The notes under the pieces are model-generated. The model searched no databases and was not told the origin of the DNA. It saw only the letters and a list, made by a program, of their open reading frames with translations. Positions 1 to 7,515 of a stretch of 12,893 nucleotides of DNA are shown piece after piece. Source of the stretch: an uncultured Gemmatimonadales bacterium. GTDB lineage: Bacteria; Gemmatimonadota; Gemmatimonadetes; Gemmatimonadales; Gemmatimonadaceae. The stretch lies in assembly GCA_963850905.1 (NCBI GenBank), contig CAWKMU010000001.1:1-12893 (forward strand), given 5' to 3'. How positions within the stretch are numbered: position 1 is the stretch's first letter; every line of letters begins with the position of its first letter. A program made the translations under genes and the position numbers.

Positions 1-2
1 CA

Positions 3-287
3 AGAAAAAGGTTCTGGCGCTGGTTCGATGTCCTTTCCAACGCACTGGAGCCAGGCTGGGTGCCAACTAAGATGGGTGGCCCCGGTGCCCCGGGCGACAT
101 TGACCAGAGTCATCGAACCCAAGTGTGGCTTGCCGTGAGTAATGATCCCCAGGCACTGGTATCTGGGCGGTATTTCTATCACATGCATCAACGGGCGGCT
201 GACCCTGCCGTTTACGACACACCGCGACAGAATCGATTGCTTGATATCTGCCGGTGGCTTTCAGACGTAGCTCTGCCAAACGGCTAA
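3..287 (+). CDS. SDR family oxidoreductase, C-terminal part only (5' end outside the window or truncated)
   Basis: The frame is open from base 3 and reads ...RWFDVLSNALEPGWVPTKMGGPGAPGD...TQVWLAVS...VSGRYFYH...*. The 'NAxxPGWVxTxM' and 'SGRYF' segments are typical of SDR C-termini. The ORF-track start at 60 is an internal Val. Confidence 0.85.
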   Translation, partial: RKRFWRWFDVLSNALEPGWVPTKMGGPGAPGDIDQSHRTQVWLAVSNDPQALVSGRYFYHMHQRAADPAVYDTPRQNRLLDICRWLSDVALPNG

Positions 288-410
288 AGGAAATTCGCGA
301 CAGAGCTCAAGGGAGTTCCGTTCCATATCTCCGCGCCGTCCGCAGATGCCGACCCGGCACGCGATCCTACGCGTGTGGGCGCTGGCGATGAACACGATCC
401 GTCACCCCAG

Positions 411-1685
411 TCAGGCCGGTTGCTCGTCTGAGCCGATACCAAAAACAACCTCCAGCTCCGCCACTGCTTTGGCTTCCGGGCTTTTCTCTCGGCCGTCGAT
501 GTCTGGCAATAAGGCGGTAAAGAGACCGAGAGCGGGGAGGAACGCGCAAACCTTGTAGACAAAGTCGATGCTGGTGTGGTCCGCGAGGGTGCCAAGTATT
601 GCGGCGCCCAAGCCACCCATTCCGAATGCAAGTCCGAAGAAAAGCCCGGAGATCATGCCGACTCGACTCGGCACCAGCTCCTGCGCGTAGACCAGGATCG
701 CGGAGAACGCGGAAGCAATGACCAATCCGATCAGGATGCTCAGCGCGACCGTCAGCGATAGCGAGCTATGGGGAAGCAGGAGCGTCATAGGCAGGACACC
801 CAGGATCGAAAGCCAGATCACCTTCTTGCGGCCAATTCGGTCGCCCAACGGACCTCCAGCGACCGTGCCGACGGCGAGGGCTGCAAGGAAGAGGAAGAGG
901 CAGAGTTGCGATTGCCTCTGCGGGAGGTGGAAGTGCTGCATCAGGTAGAAGACGTAGTAGCTGGTGATGCTGACCAAATAGAAGTATTTGGAAAACGTCA
1001 GCAGGACTAACACAGCGATCGCTCCGACTACCTGCTTTCGGTTGAGCGCGCTCACCTTTACCGCAGCGTGTTTCTCTTGCTTCTTGTGAATGGCCTGGCC
1101 GTGCTGCTTATACCAATGGGCCAAACCCACCTGCATCACGATGCCCAGCAACGCCGCACACGAAAACCACGCGAGACTGTGTTGACCGTTGGGGAGGATC
1201 AGGAAAATCATCAGCAGCGGCCCAAGGGACGAGCCGAAGTTGCCGCCAACTTGAAAGATTGACTGCGCCAACCCATGCGACCCACCGGACGCCAACCTGG
1301 CGAGTCGGGATGTTTCCGGATGGAAGATCGACGAACCGACGCCCAGCAATGCACCACCAAGCAGCAGCATCCCGTATTGTGTCGCGAACGCCAGAGTGAA
1401 CAAGCCACTCATGGAGATCGCCATGCCAAATGGGAGCGAATACGGTTGTGGTTTGCGGTCGGTATACAACCCGACAAGCGGCTGGAGGAGCGAAGCCGTG
1501 ATCTGGAAGACCAGTGTGAGCGCGCCGATCTGACTGAACGACAGGTGGAAGTTCCCTTTGAAGATCGGATATGCCGCGACAAAGAGCGACTGCATGGTGT
1601 CGTTCAGCATGTGACAGACACTCGCCGCGCCAAGCACGCGGTAGGAGGCGGAGGCTGTGGCTGGATTTTGTAGCGTGGGGCTCAT
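411..1685 (-). CDS. fsr: MFS transporter, fosmidomycin-resistance (Fsr) family
   Basis: 424 aa with about 12 hydrophobic segments. Motifs include CHMLND, QITASLLQP.VG.YTDR.P, GSSIFHPE.SR.AR.ASGG.HGLAQS.FQVGGN.GSSLGP, GGPLGDRIGRK.VI and SAFSAILVYAQEL.P, all matching Fsr-type proteins. Confidence 0.92.
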   Translation of the reverse strand: MSPTLQNPATASASYRVLGAASVCHMLNDTMQSLFVAAYPIFKGNFHLSFSQIGALTLVFQITASLLQPLVGLYTDRKPQPYSLPFGMAISMSGLFTLAFATQYGMLLLGGALLGVGSSIFHPETSRLARLASGGSHGLAQSIFQVGGNFGSSLGPLLMIFLILPNGQHSLAWFSCAALLGIVMQVGLAHWYKQHGQAIHKKQEKHAAVKVSALNRKQVVGAIAVLVLLTFSKYFYLVSITSYYVFYLMQHFHLPQRQSQLCLFLFLAALAVGTVAGGPLGDRIGRKKVIWLSILGVLPMTLLLPHSSLSLTVALSILIGLVIASAFSAILVYAQELVPSRVGMISGLFFGLAFGMGGLGAAILGTLADHTSIDFVYKVCAFLPALGLFTALLPDIDGREKSPEAKAVAELEVVFGIGSDEQPA

Positions 1686-1791
1686 GTGGTTTCGTTTTGG
1701 CGTGTGGAGCGGCGTGAGGTCTCGTTTGTCCGGGCGACCTCTCGACTCGATTCACGATATAGTTTTGTGGATGTGGCCCGCCACCTCAGGC

Positions 1792-1818
1792 GGGACAGAA
1801 TCCTACGCGAATGGGCCA
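1792..1818 (-). promoter_or_regulatory. Putative AraC tandem operator for the fsr-like promoter
   Basis: GGGACA (1792-1797) and GGGCCA (1813-1818) are exactly 21 bp apart. They read TGGCCC-N15-TGTCCC toward fsr and overlap the araC start codon. Confidence 0.45.
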
Positions 1819-2641
1819 AAGACGAGTTATTGGACGTGTCGAGCAGTACTTCACTGATACGCGGCCCATCATCGCGGTGTGCGACACGTTCCCAGATGCG
1901 CACCACGTTGAGGCCCATCTGCATCCGCGAGGTCAGCTGTTCTGCCCGATGTCCGGCCTCGCGATGGCTTCCACGTCACACGGAACATGGCTAGTCCCCT
2001 GCAGGCGAGCGCTGTGGATCCCAGCAGGGGTCCAGCATGAGCTGCGAATGGAAGGCGTGGTGGCGATGCAGAGTCTCTATTTCGACGCCCGCGCGTTCCC
2101 CGACATGCCGGATCGCTGTCTGGTGGTGGCGGTTTCCGCGCTCATGCGCAGTCTCATGGCCGAAGCCGTGGCCTTGCCGATCAAGTACAATGGCGAGGGG
2201 CGCTCGGCAGCGATTATGCAGCTCATCGGCTATGAGGTGGGCCGGCTTCGCGAACTGCCCCTCTCGCTACCGTTACCCACGCACAAGTCGCTCGCACGGC
2301 TCTGCCTCAAGTTCTCGGCATCTCCCAAAGCCAACGCGACGATCGACGACTGGGCCGCCGCACTGCATGTGACGCGGCGGACGTTCACTCGGTTGTTTCG
2401 ACGGGAAACGGGACTGAGCTTCGTGGGGTGGCGACAACAAGCGTGCATTCTTGCAGCGCTTCCAAAGCTGACTGCAGGAGCATCCGTAACCCAGACCGCC
2501 GCCGATCTTGGGTTCGACAATCCCGCAGCCTTTAGCACATTGTTTAGAAGAACTCTCGGCGCCGCCCCCCGGGAGTACGTTCAATCCATCGACCAGGCGT
2601 GGGAAGGTTCCTCTAGAGCACCAACTGAGTGGGAGGCGTAG
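1811..2641 (+). CDS. AraC family transcriptional regulator with N-terminal cupin domain (NimR/RipA-like)
   Basis: The cupin part reads H.H.RGQL...WLVP..RALWIPAGV.H. The C-terminal double HTH reads RRTFTRLFRRETGLSF..WRQQA...A.DLGFDNPAAFSTLFRR.LG..P..Y. The gene is divergent from an MFS gene, the usual NimR/NimT-type layout. Confidence 0.93.
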   Translation: MGQRRVIGRVEQYFTDTRPIIAVCDTFPDAHHVEAHLHPRGQLFCPMSGLAMASTSHGTWLVPCRRALWIPAGVQHELRMEGVVAMQSLYFDARAFPDMPDRCLVVAVSALMRSLMAEAVALPIKYNGEGRSAAIMQLIGYEVGRLRELPLSLPLPTHKSLARLCLKFSASPKANATIDDWAAALHVTRRTFTRLFRRETGLSFVGWRQQACILAALPKLTAGASVTQTAADLGFDNPAAFSTLFRRTLGAAPREYVQSIDQAWEGSSRAPTEWEA

Positions 2642-2737
2642 GGGTTCGGCGGAAATCAGCAGCAGAACGACCGTCTCAAGAAGCTCGAGGATCGAGGTTG
2701 CAGTGGTCGCGCCTCGCCTCGACGGAGTTGTGCCCCC

Positions 2738-3157
2738 TCAGAGGCCGACCGGCCGTCTGAACGCCTGGATGACCCGCGAGGCCAACTCGTTCGCAAAGGC
2801 CTCACTCACCGGCGCATGTCCAATGATGCGCCGAAAGTAAAGCGGTCCCGTCAGCGCGTCAATGAGCAGGTCGGCGTCGGTATCGTGAGGCAATTCTCCG
2901 GCCGCGATGGCCTGTTGAACCAGGTCCAGATTCATCGCTCGTCGCGGCAGATAGAAACCTTCCAGGAAGAGGTGCCGAAGCACCGGATCCTCCTGGACGT
3001 CGCTGATCAGGCGGACGGCGACAGGCGAGTCCTCCGAATGGAGCCACTCCCCGCCGCGGACCACGCTTTGATGTAGTCGCTCGAGCGGCGATCCCTCAGG
3101 CGGGGGCGCCAGCGCGGGCTTCACCCGCGCCAGGAACGCGTCGAGCAAAACCGAGTG
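2738..3157 (-). pseudogene. TetR/AcrR family regulator, C-terminal ligand-binding domain only (HTH missing)
   Basis: HSVLLDAFL...DPVLR..FLEGFYLPRR....LVQQAIAAGELPHDTDADLLIDALTGPLYFRRIIGHAP is a TetR C-terminal domain. I found no HTH (e.g. GV.K.TIYR.W) in any minus-strand frame upstream; the ORF's first ~40 aa are unrelated. Confidence 0.75.
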
Positions 3158-3457
3158 AGCGCGCGAAGGATGAGTCGACGCAGGACGTCGAGTGTGTCTC
3201 CCCGCAGCTGCGAGTTCGGTGTCGGCGCCACGGAATAGCCACACATAGCGTGGGTCGAGCCAGACCGGCGGGCGCACCGCGTATCATCGCGACCACCCTG
3301 CAACTAGCGTCATTCCCTGGAGCGCGAATGGGGATTGCAAAGGTCCGCGTGGCAGTCAACTGCCCGTCAGCGATGGCGAATGTGTTACGTGCGGACGGCT
3401 TCAATTACCTGCGCGGCAAGTGAGAAGCACGCTTCACTCCATGCCTTGACCGGGTCC

Positions 3458-3486
3458 CCGTTTCAATAGTGAGATTGAAAAGACGG
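3458..3486. repeat. Inverted repeat / stem-loop just downstream of the glxA-like gene
   Basis: TTTCAAT-agtgag-ATTGAAA (3461-3480) is a perfect 7-bp inverted repeat and extends to ccg...cgg with a bulge. No U-tract follows, so terminator function is uncertain. Confidence 0.5.
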
Positions 3487-3494
3487 AGGCGCGT

Positions 3495-4544
3495 TCAGCC
3501 CGTTTGAAAGGCAACCTCCAATCTGCGCTTCTTCTGACCCGCGCCTTCCTCCGCTGCGAAATCGGCCGCCGAGATGCCGTTATGACCAAACTGTTTGCGG
3601 TAAGCTCCCGGGGCCGAGCCAACGGCCTTGCGAAATACACGCGCAAATGAGGCTACGTCGCGATATCCGAGCGATTGCGCGATCTGCTTCTGCGACGTAT
3701 CTCCCCCCTCCAGCAGCTCGCGCGCTCGCGCAATGCGAACCGCCCGACAATACTCGATCGGGGTCATGCCTGTTGCGTTCGCGAATCGCCGCAGCAACGT
3801 GCGGCGGCCCAGCCCAGCAGCCATCCCCATGGCCGCAAGGGAGACGCCTCGGCCGTCCCTCATGTGCACCCAGTCCTGAGCCTTCAACACGGCTGCGTCT
3901 CCGTGCGTCTGTGGAGGAGCGAAACCGGTGAAGTAGCGTGTCTCACCCGCCGCTGAGTCTGAAAGAACAAATGCCGCCGTCTCCGCTCTGATAACTGGGC
4001 CCAGAATCCTGTTCACCAGGAACAGGCCAAGATCGACCCACGCGAGAAATCCCCCCGCCGTCACGATGTCACCGTGATCAATAATGCGCCGCTTTACGTC
4101 GACCACGATTTGCGGGAAACGCTTCGCGAGAGCTTCTGCACAAATCTGATGGGTAGCAACCGACTTCCCATCGACGAGACCCGTTTCGGCAAGGATAAAT
4201 GCTCCGGAGCACACTGATGCTAGCGTGGTCCCGGCTGCGTGGCGATCACGGAGCCAGGACACTACGTCGGGCGGCACTTCAGGATCTGGAAGGTTCATCA
4301 TAGTCGGCGGGATGATCAGAGTCCGCGGCTCTGGGTTACCGCGCGGGGCGCTGTCATAGACGCAGGAAAGATTCGCATGGCGGCCGTCAAGCGGTTTCCA
4401 ATGCGTCACTCGAAGTGGGCCTTGCCGTTGATCGACCGCGATCCTGGAAGCGACGCCGAACAGATCGGTCAGGCCCAAGATGGGCGCTACCTGCGCCCCA
4501 GGATAATAGACGATGCCAAGTTCGTACAAAGTGGTCGCGGCCAT
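3495..4544 (-). CDS. GlxA/FtrA-type AraC regulator with N-terminal DJ-1/PfpI (GATase-like) domain
   Basis: ASVCSGAFILAETGLVDG..VATH (DJ-1-like Cys), TAGGFLAWVDL, and a C-terminal HTH RRTLLRRF..ATGMTPIEY..VRIARARELLE...IAQSLGY.DVASF.RVFRK..G..PG.YR..F. Confidence 0.94.
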   Translation of the reverse strand: MAATTLYELGIVYYPGAQVAPILGLTDLFGVASRIAVDQRQGPLRVTHWKPLDGRHANLSCVYDSAPRGNPEPRTLIIPPTMMNLPDPEVPPDVVSWLRDRHAAGTTLASVCSGAFILAETGLVDGKSVATHQICAEALAKRFPQIVVDVKRRIIDHGDIVTAGGFLAWVDLGLFLVNRILGPVIRAETAAFVLSDSAAGETRYFTGFAPPQTHGDAAVLKAQDWVHMRDGRGVSLAAMGMAAGLGRRTLLRRFANATGMTPIEYCRAVRIARARELLEGGDTSQKQIAQSLGYRDVASFARVFRKAVGSAPGAYRKQFGHNGISAADFAAEEGAGQKKRRLEVAFQTG

Positions 4545-4546
4545 CG

Positions 4547-4620
4547 CGTTGTCACTCCCGGTGAAAACGTTGACGCTCCCGGCAATTGAAACTGCCGAGG
4601 GAATGAGGAAAGGTTAGCCT
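4547..4620 (+). promoter_or_regulatory. AraC-type tandem direct repeat and candidate promoter for the rightward gene run
   Basis: CGTTGtCaCTCCCGG (4547-4561) and CGTTGaCgCTCCCGG (4568-4582) are 13/15 identical with a 21-bp period. A weak -35 CTGCCG (4592-4597) and a -10-like TAGCCT (4615-4620) follow with 17-bp spacing. Confidence 0.65.
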
Positions 4621-4714
4621 GGTCGTCGAACACTGTCACCCAGGTCCGGGTCATCGAGGAACCGTCCACATCCCTGCCATCAACTCCGTCGAGGTTGAAA
4701 CGCCTAGTGGGGTC

Positions 4715-4927
4715 GTGGCTGAGTCAGCTGGGCGCTTGCGGGTGGCAGACGAAACGCCTGCCTGCTGGCGGGTGATTTTCGACCACCCGCCTTTCAACGT
4801 CCTCGACGCCACGATGTTCGCAAGCGTGCAGGACTTGCTCGCGCGGATGGAAGGGAGTCCGAACTTACGCGTCATTGTGTTTGAGTGTATGGCCTCGATG
4901 AAAGCAAAGGAGGATCCGAGATGGTAG
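4715..4927 (+). pseudogene. Enoyl-CoA hydratase/isomerase (crotonase) N-terminal remnant
   Basis: WRVIFDHPPFNVLDATMF..VQDLLARMEGSPNLRVIVFE is the crotonase N-terminus. Similarity stops after about 57 codons (~4885), and the frame runs into the RBS of the next gene and stops at 4927. A normal crotonase is about 260 aa. Confidence 0.8.
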
Positions 4928-5481
4928 CGACGAGCGCTTCGCCAATTTCCGGAATGGGTGTCACTCAGTCTGCCGTGAGCGGCGAGACGCCCATCATTCG
5001 CCACGTTGACGTACAGCGCGTAAGCGTCACATCGCGACGGCCGTTCGGAGAGGTCATGGCGACAATCGATGCGGCGATAGGCCACCCCAATGCAGCCGTG
5101 CTTAGACAAATAGGCACTGCGCCCACGTATGCGGAACTCGAGCGTATCGTGGGGTCGGCTGTCGGTCCGTCCGGTCTCTTGGAGTTTCTGCGGTTCGACA
5201 TCGGCGAGGTCTTGCGCAAGGCCAACGGTCCTGCGGCGCCGAAAAGTCTCCGCTTGATCGTCGGCAATTCTACGACCATGAAACAGCTGGTCGAGCATGT
5301 ACCGGATGCGGCGTCCTACACGCCACCGACAATACTGATCGACGAACGATGGGACTGCGTGCAGTTGTCGTACGACCGGTTGGCCAGCTTCCTGGAGCCG
5401 TACGGGAGCGCCACTGCCCTTGAAGTGGCTCGGAGCGTAGACCTGAGGATCGAAGCGTTGTTGGTCAGCGCCGCGACGTGA
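4921..5481 (+). CDS. DUF302 domain protein
   Basis: The ATG at 4921 follows an AGGAGG SD. The protein has S.RPF.EV.A.IDAAIG, FLRFD.G.VL, RLIVGN..TM...V..VPDAASY.P.TILIDE....VQLSYD..ASFL..YG...A..VA..VD. Confidence 0.8.
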   Translation: MVATSASPISGMGVTQSAVSGETPIIRHVDVQRVSVTSRRPFGEVMATIDAAIGHPNAAVLRQIGTAPTYAELERIVGSAVGPSGLLEFLRFDIGEVLRKANGPAAPKSLRLIVGNSTTMKQLVEHVPDAASYTPPTILIDERWDCVQLSYDRLASFLEPYGSATALEVARSVDLRIEALLVSAAT

Positions 5482-5537
5482 GTTATGAGCTCATCGCGGA
5501 CACGTTCAAACGTAGGATCACCGCAGGGGAGACGGTC

Positions 5538-6413
5538 ATGACCGCCACAGCGACGCCAGCGTCGAGCACGATCACCGCCCCGACGCGGTTCTTGGAAATT
5601 GACAATCAGCGGTACGCGTATCGCCGGTTCGGGGAAGGACCGGGACACCCGTTGCTCTGTCTCCAACACTACCTCGGCACGCTCGATAATTGGGACCGCG
5701 CCGTGACCGACCCGCTCGCGGCAGGACGCGAGGTCATTCTCTTCGATAACGCAGGCGTGGGAGCCTCGGGCGGCCTTGTGCCGAAAACGGTAGGCGGCAT
5801 GGCCGCTCATGCCTTCTCGTTCCTGGACGGCCTCGGTCTCGAGGCATGTGACGTACTCGGATTCTCCCTTGGCGGGATGGTTGCTCAGCAGATGGTGCAG
5901 AATCGGCCATCGATATTCCGGAGAATGATCCTCGTTGGGACCGCGCCGCGCGGTGGAGAGGATGTGATGCACCTGGAGAAGCCGAGCTTTGCCAGGTATT
6001 TCCAAGATCCGACGCTTCGTGGCTACGCGATCTTGCAGAAGATCTTCTTCGCGCCGACCGCGGCTAGTCAAGCCGCGGGCGAGGCTTTTATTGCACGGCT
6101 CGGTGAGCGAACAGAGGACCTCGACCCCGGCCCGGGACCAGCGGTCGTGACGGCGCAGATGGCAGCGTTTCGCGATTGGGAGCAATTCAAAGGCGAGCGC
6201 TTCTCCGACCTGAAGAGCATCCAGCAGCCTACACTCGTTGTGAATGGTGTGCACGACGAAATGATCCCAGTGCGCAACTCCTACTGGCTCGGCGAGAACC
6301 TGCCCAACGCCATTCTGCTCACCTATCCGGACTCAGGACACGGCTCGCTCTTCCAGTTTCATGAGTCGTTCACGTTCCAGGCAGCAGCGTTCCTTGCGGG
6401 GACTCTCTTATGA
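5538..6413 (+). CDS. Alpha/beta fold hydrolase
   Basis: The ATG at 5538 follows a GGGGAG SD; the ORF is open from 5478. It has FDNAGVG.S, a nucleophile elbow GFSLG, an acid in NGVHDEMIP and a His in YPDSGHG, so the Ser-Asp-His triad looks intact. Confidence 0.92.
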   Translation: MTATATPASSTITAPTRFLEIDNQRYAYRRFGEGPGHPLLCLQHYLGTLDNWDRAVTDPLAAGREVILFDNAGVGASGGLVPKTVGGMAAHAFSFLDGLGLEACDVLGFSLGGMVAQQMVQNRPSIFRRMILVGTAPRGGEDVMHLEKPSFARYFQDPTLRGYAILQKIFFAPTAASQAAGEAFIARLGERTEDLDPGPGPAVVTAQMAAFRDWEQFKGERFSDLKSIQQPTLVVNGVHDEMIPVRNSYWLGENLPNAILLTYPDSGHGSLFQFHESFTFQAAAFLAGTLL

Positions 6414-6955
6414 ACGACGCGATCAACGCAGAGACAATCCGGCGTGCGACACTCGCGGGTCCGACCTGCATTACGGGCAACGCGACGGTGGCCGGGATGG
6501 ACCGGGAAGGTAACCTGACGGTGCTGCGGCAGGGCACCAACGAGTGGGTATGCGTGCCGGGCAATCAAGACATCGTCGGCGCGGTTGACATGTGCCTCGA
6601 CCCCATGGGCATGGTGTGGATGAAGGACGTCATGGCGCGGAAGCCCAAGCCGACCAACAGCACTCCAGGTCTCATCTACATGCTCAATGGCGCTGTGCAG
6701 CACAGCTACACCGATCCGTTCGACACGACGAGTCCGGGGATCCCGATCGGTCCGCACTGGATGATTCTCTGGCCATTCAATGCGAAGGCTGCCGGGATAG
6801 GCACTGTCATGCGCGACGGCGGCGCCATGGTGATGTTTGCTGGCACGCCGTACGCCCATCTGCACATCAGTGGGTCGCCATGGGATGGCAAGGCATATCA
6901 TCCAGGCGATCGTGGCGTGTGGACAATGACGTACGCCTCGGAGGGGCAGGCGTGA
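6410..6955 (+). CDS. Uncharacterised protein with Cys/His/Met motifs
   Basis: 181 aa with GC-rich third positions. It overlaps the upstream gene (ATGA, 6410-6413) and the downstream gene (GTGA, 6952-6955). Motifs: [42 protein letters not shown]. Confidence 0.85.
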   Translation: MNDAINAETIRRATLAGPTCITGNATVAGMDREGNLTVLRQGTNEWVCVPGNQDIVGAVDMCLDPMGMVWMKDVMARKPKPTNSTPGLIYMLNGAVQHSYTDPFDTTSPGIPIGPHWMILWPFNAKAAGIGTVMRDGGAMVMFAGTPYAHLHISGSPWDGKAYHPGDRGVWTMTYASEGQA

Positions 6956-7515
6956 CCACAACTACCGGCGTCGGCACGACAAGTCTCGAGGCGACCGCGG
7001 TCCCTGAGATTACCTTGACGGTCAACGGCCGAGCACAGCACCTCAGCGTCGACGCGAGGACAACACTGCTCGATGCCCTGCGCGAGCATCTCCATCTCAC
7101 TGGCACCAAGAAAGGATGCGACCATGGCCAGTGTGGCGCGTGCACGGTACTGATCAACGGCCGTCGCATCAACTCCTGTCTAACGCTCGCCGTCATGCAC
7201 GAGGGCGACGATATCGTGACCATCGAAGGCCTGGGATCGCCCGACGCCCTGCACCCGCTCCAAGCCGCCTTCATCGCGTGGGACGGCTTCCAGTGCGGCT
7301 ACTGCACGGCTGGACAGATCTGCTCCGCAGTCGGCATGCTCGACGAGGCAAAGGCTGGATGGCCCAGCCATGTCACCATGGAAGTCGCTGCGCCCACGAT
7401 CACGTTGACCGACGACGAGATCCGCGAGCGGATGAGCGGCAATATCTGCCGATGCGCTGCGTATCCCAACATCGTCGACGCTATACAGGCCGTTGCTGCG
7501 GGAGGGCCACGATGA
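6952..7515 (+). CDS. paoA: Aldehyde oxidoreductase / xanthine dehydrogenase family 2x[2Fe-2S] subunit (PaoA/YagT-like)
   Basis: The GTG at 6952 follows GGAGGGG. Motifs: [27 protein letters not shown]...[26 protein letters not shown] and [13 protein letters not shown]. The ORF-track start at 6592 is over-extended. Confidence 0.93.
   Translation: MTTTTGVGTTSLEATAVPEITLTVNGRAQHLSVDARTTLLDALREHLHLTGTKKGCDHGQCGACTVLINGRRINSCLTLAVMHEGDDIVTIEGLGSPDALHPLQAAFIAWDGFQCGYCTAGQICSAVGMLDEAKAGWPSHVTMEVAAPTITLTDDEIRERMSGNICRCAAYPNIVDAIQAVAAGGPR

Noticed and set aside
288..410. Possible gene remnant or terminator between the convergent SDR and fsr genes
   Set aside because: No convincing hairpin with U-tract, and none of the frames gave a peptide I could assign.
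4885..4920. Upstream GTG start for the DUF302 gene
   Set aside because: It falls at the crotonase breakpoint with no SD, whereas ATG 4921 has AGGAGG.
6592..6951. 120-aa N-terminal extension of PaoA in the ORF track
   Set aside because: It overlaps the 6410-6955 gene in another frame and has shadow-ORF composition. GTG 6952 has a good SD and stop/start overlap.
5316..6961. Long antisense ORFs (5316-6254, 6359-6961; likewise 4651-5298, 9904-10554, 10781-11572)
   Set aside because: These are mirror frames of strongly codon-biased GC-rich genes with no recognisable motifs.
7116..7511. N-terminal extension of PaoB
   Set aside because: It lies inside paoA. MKPFTY at 7512 matches the normal PaoB start.
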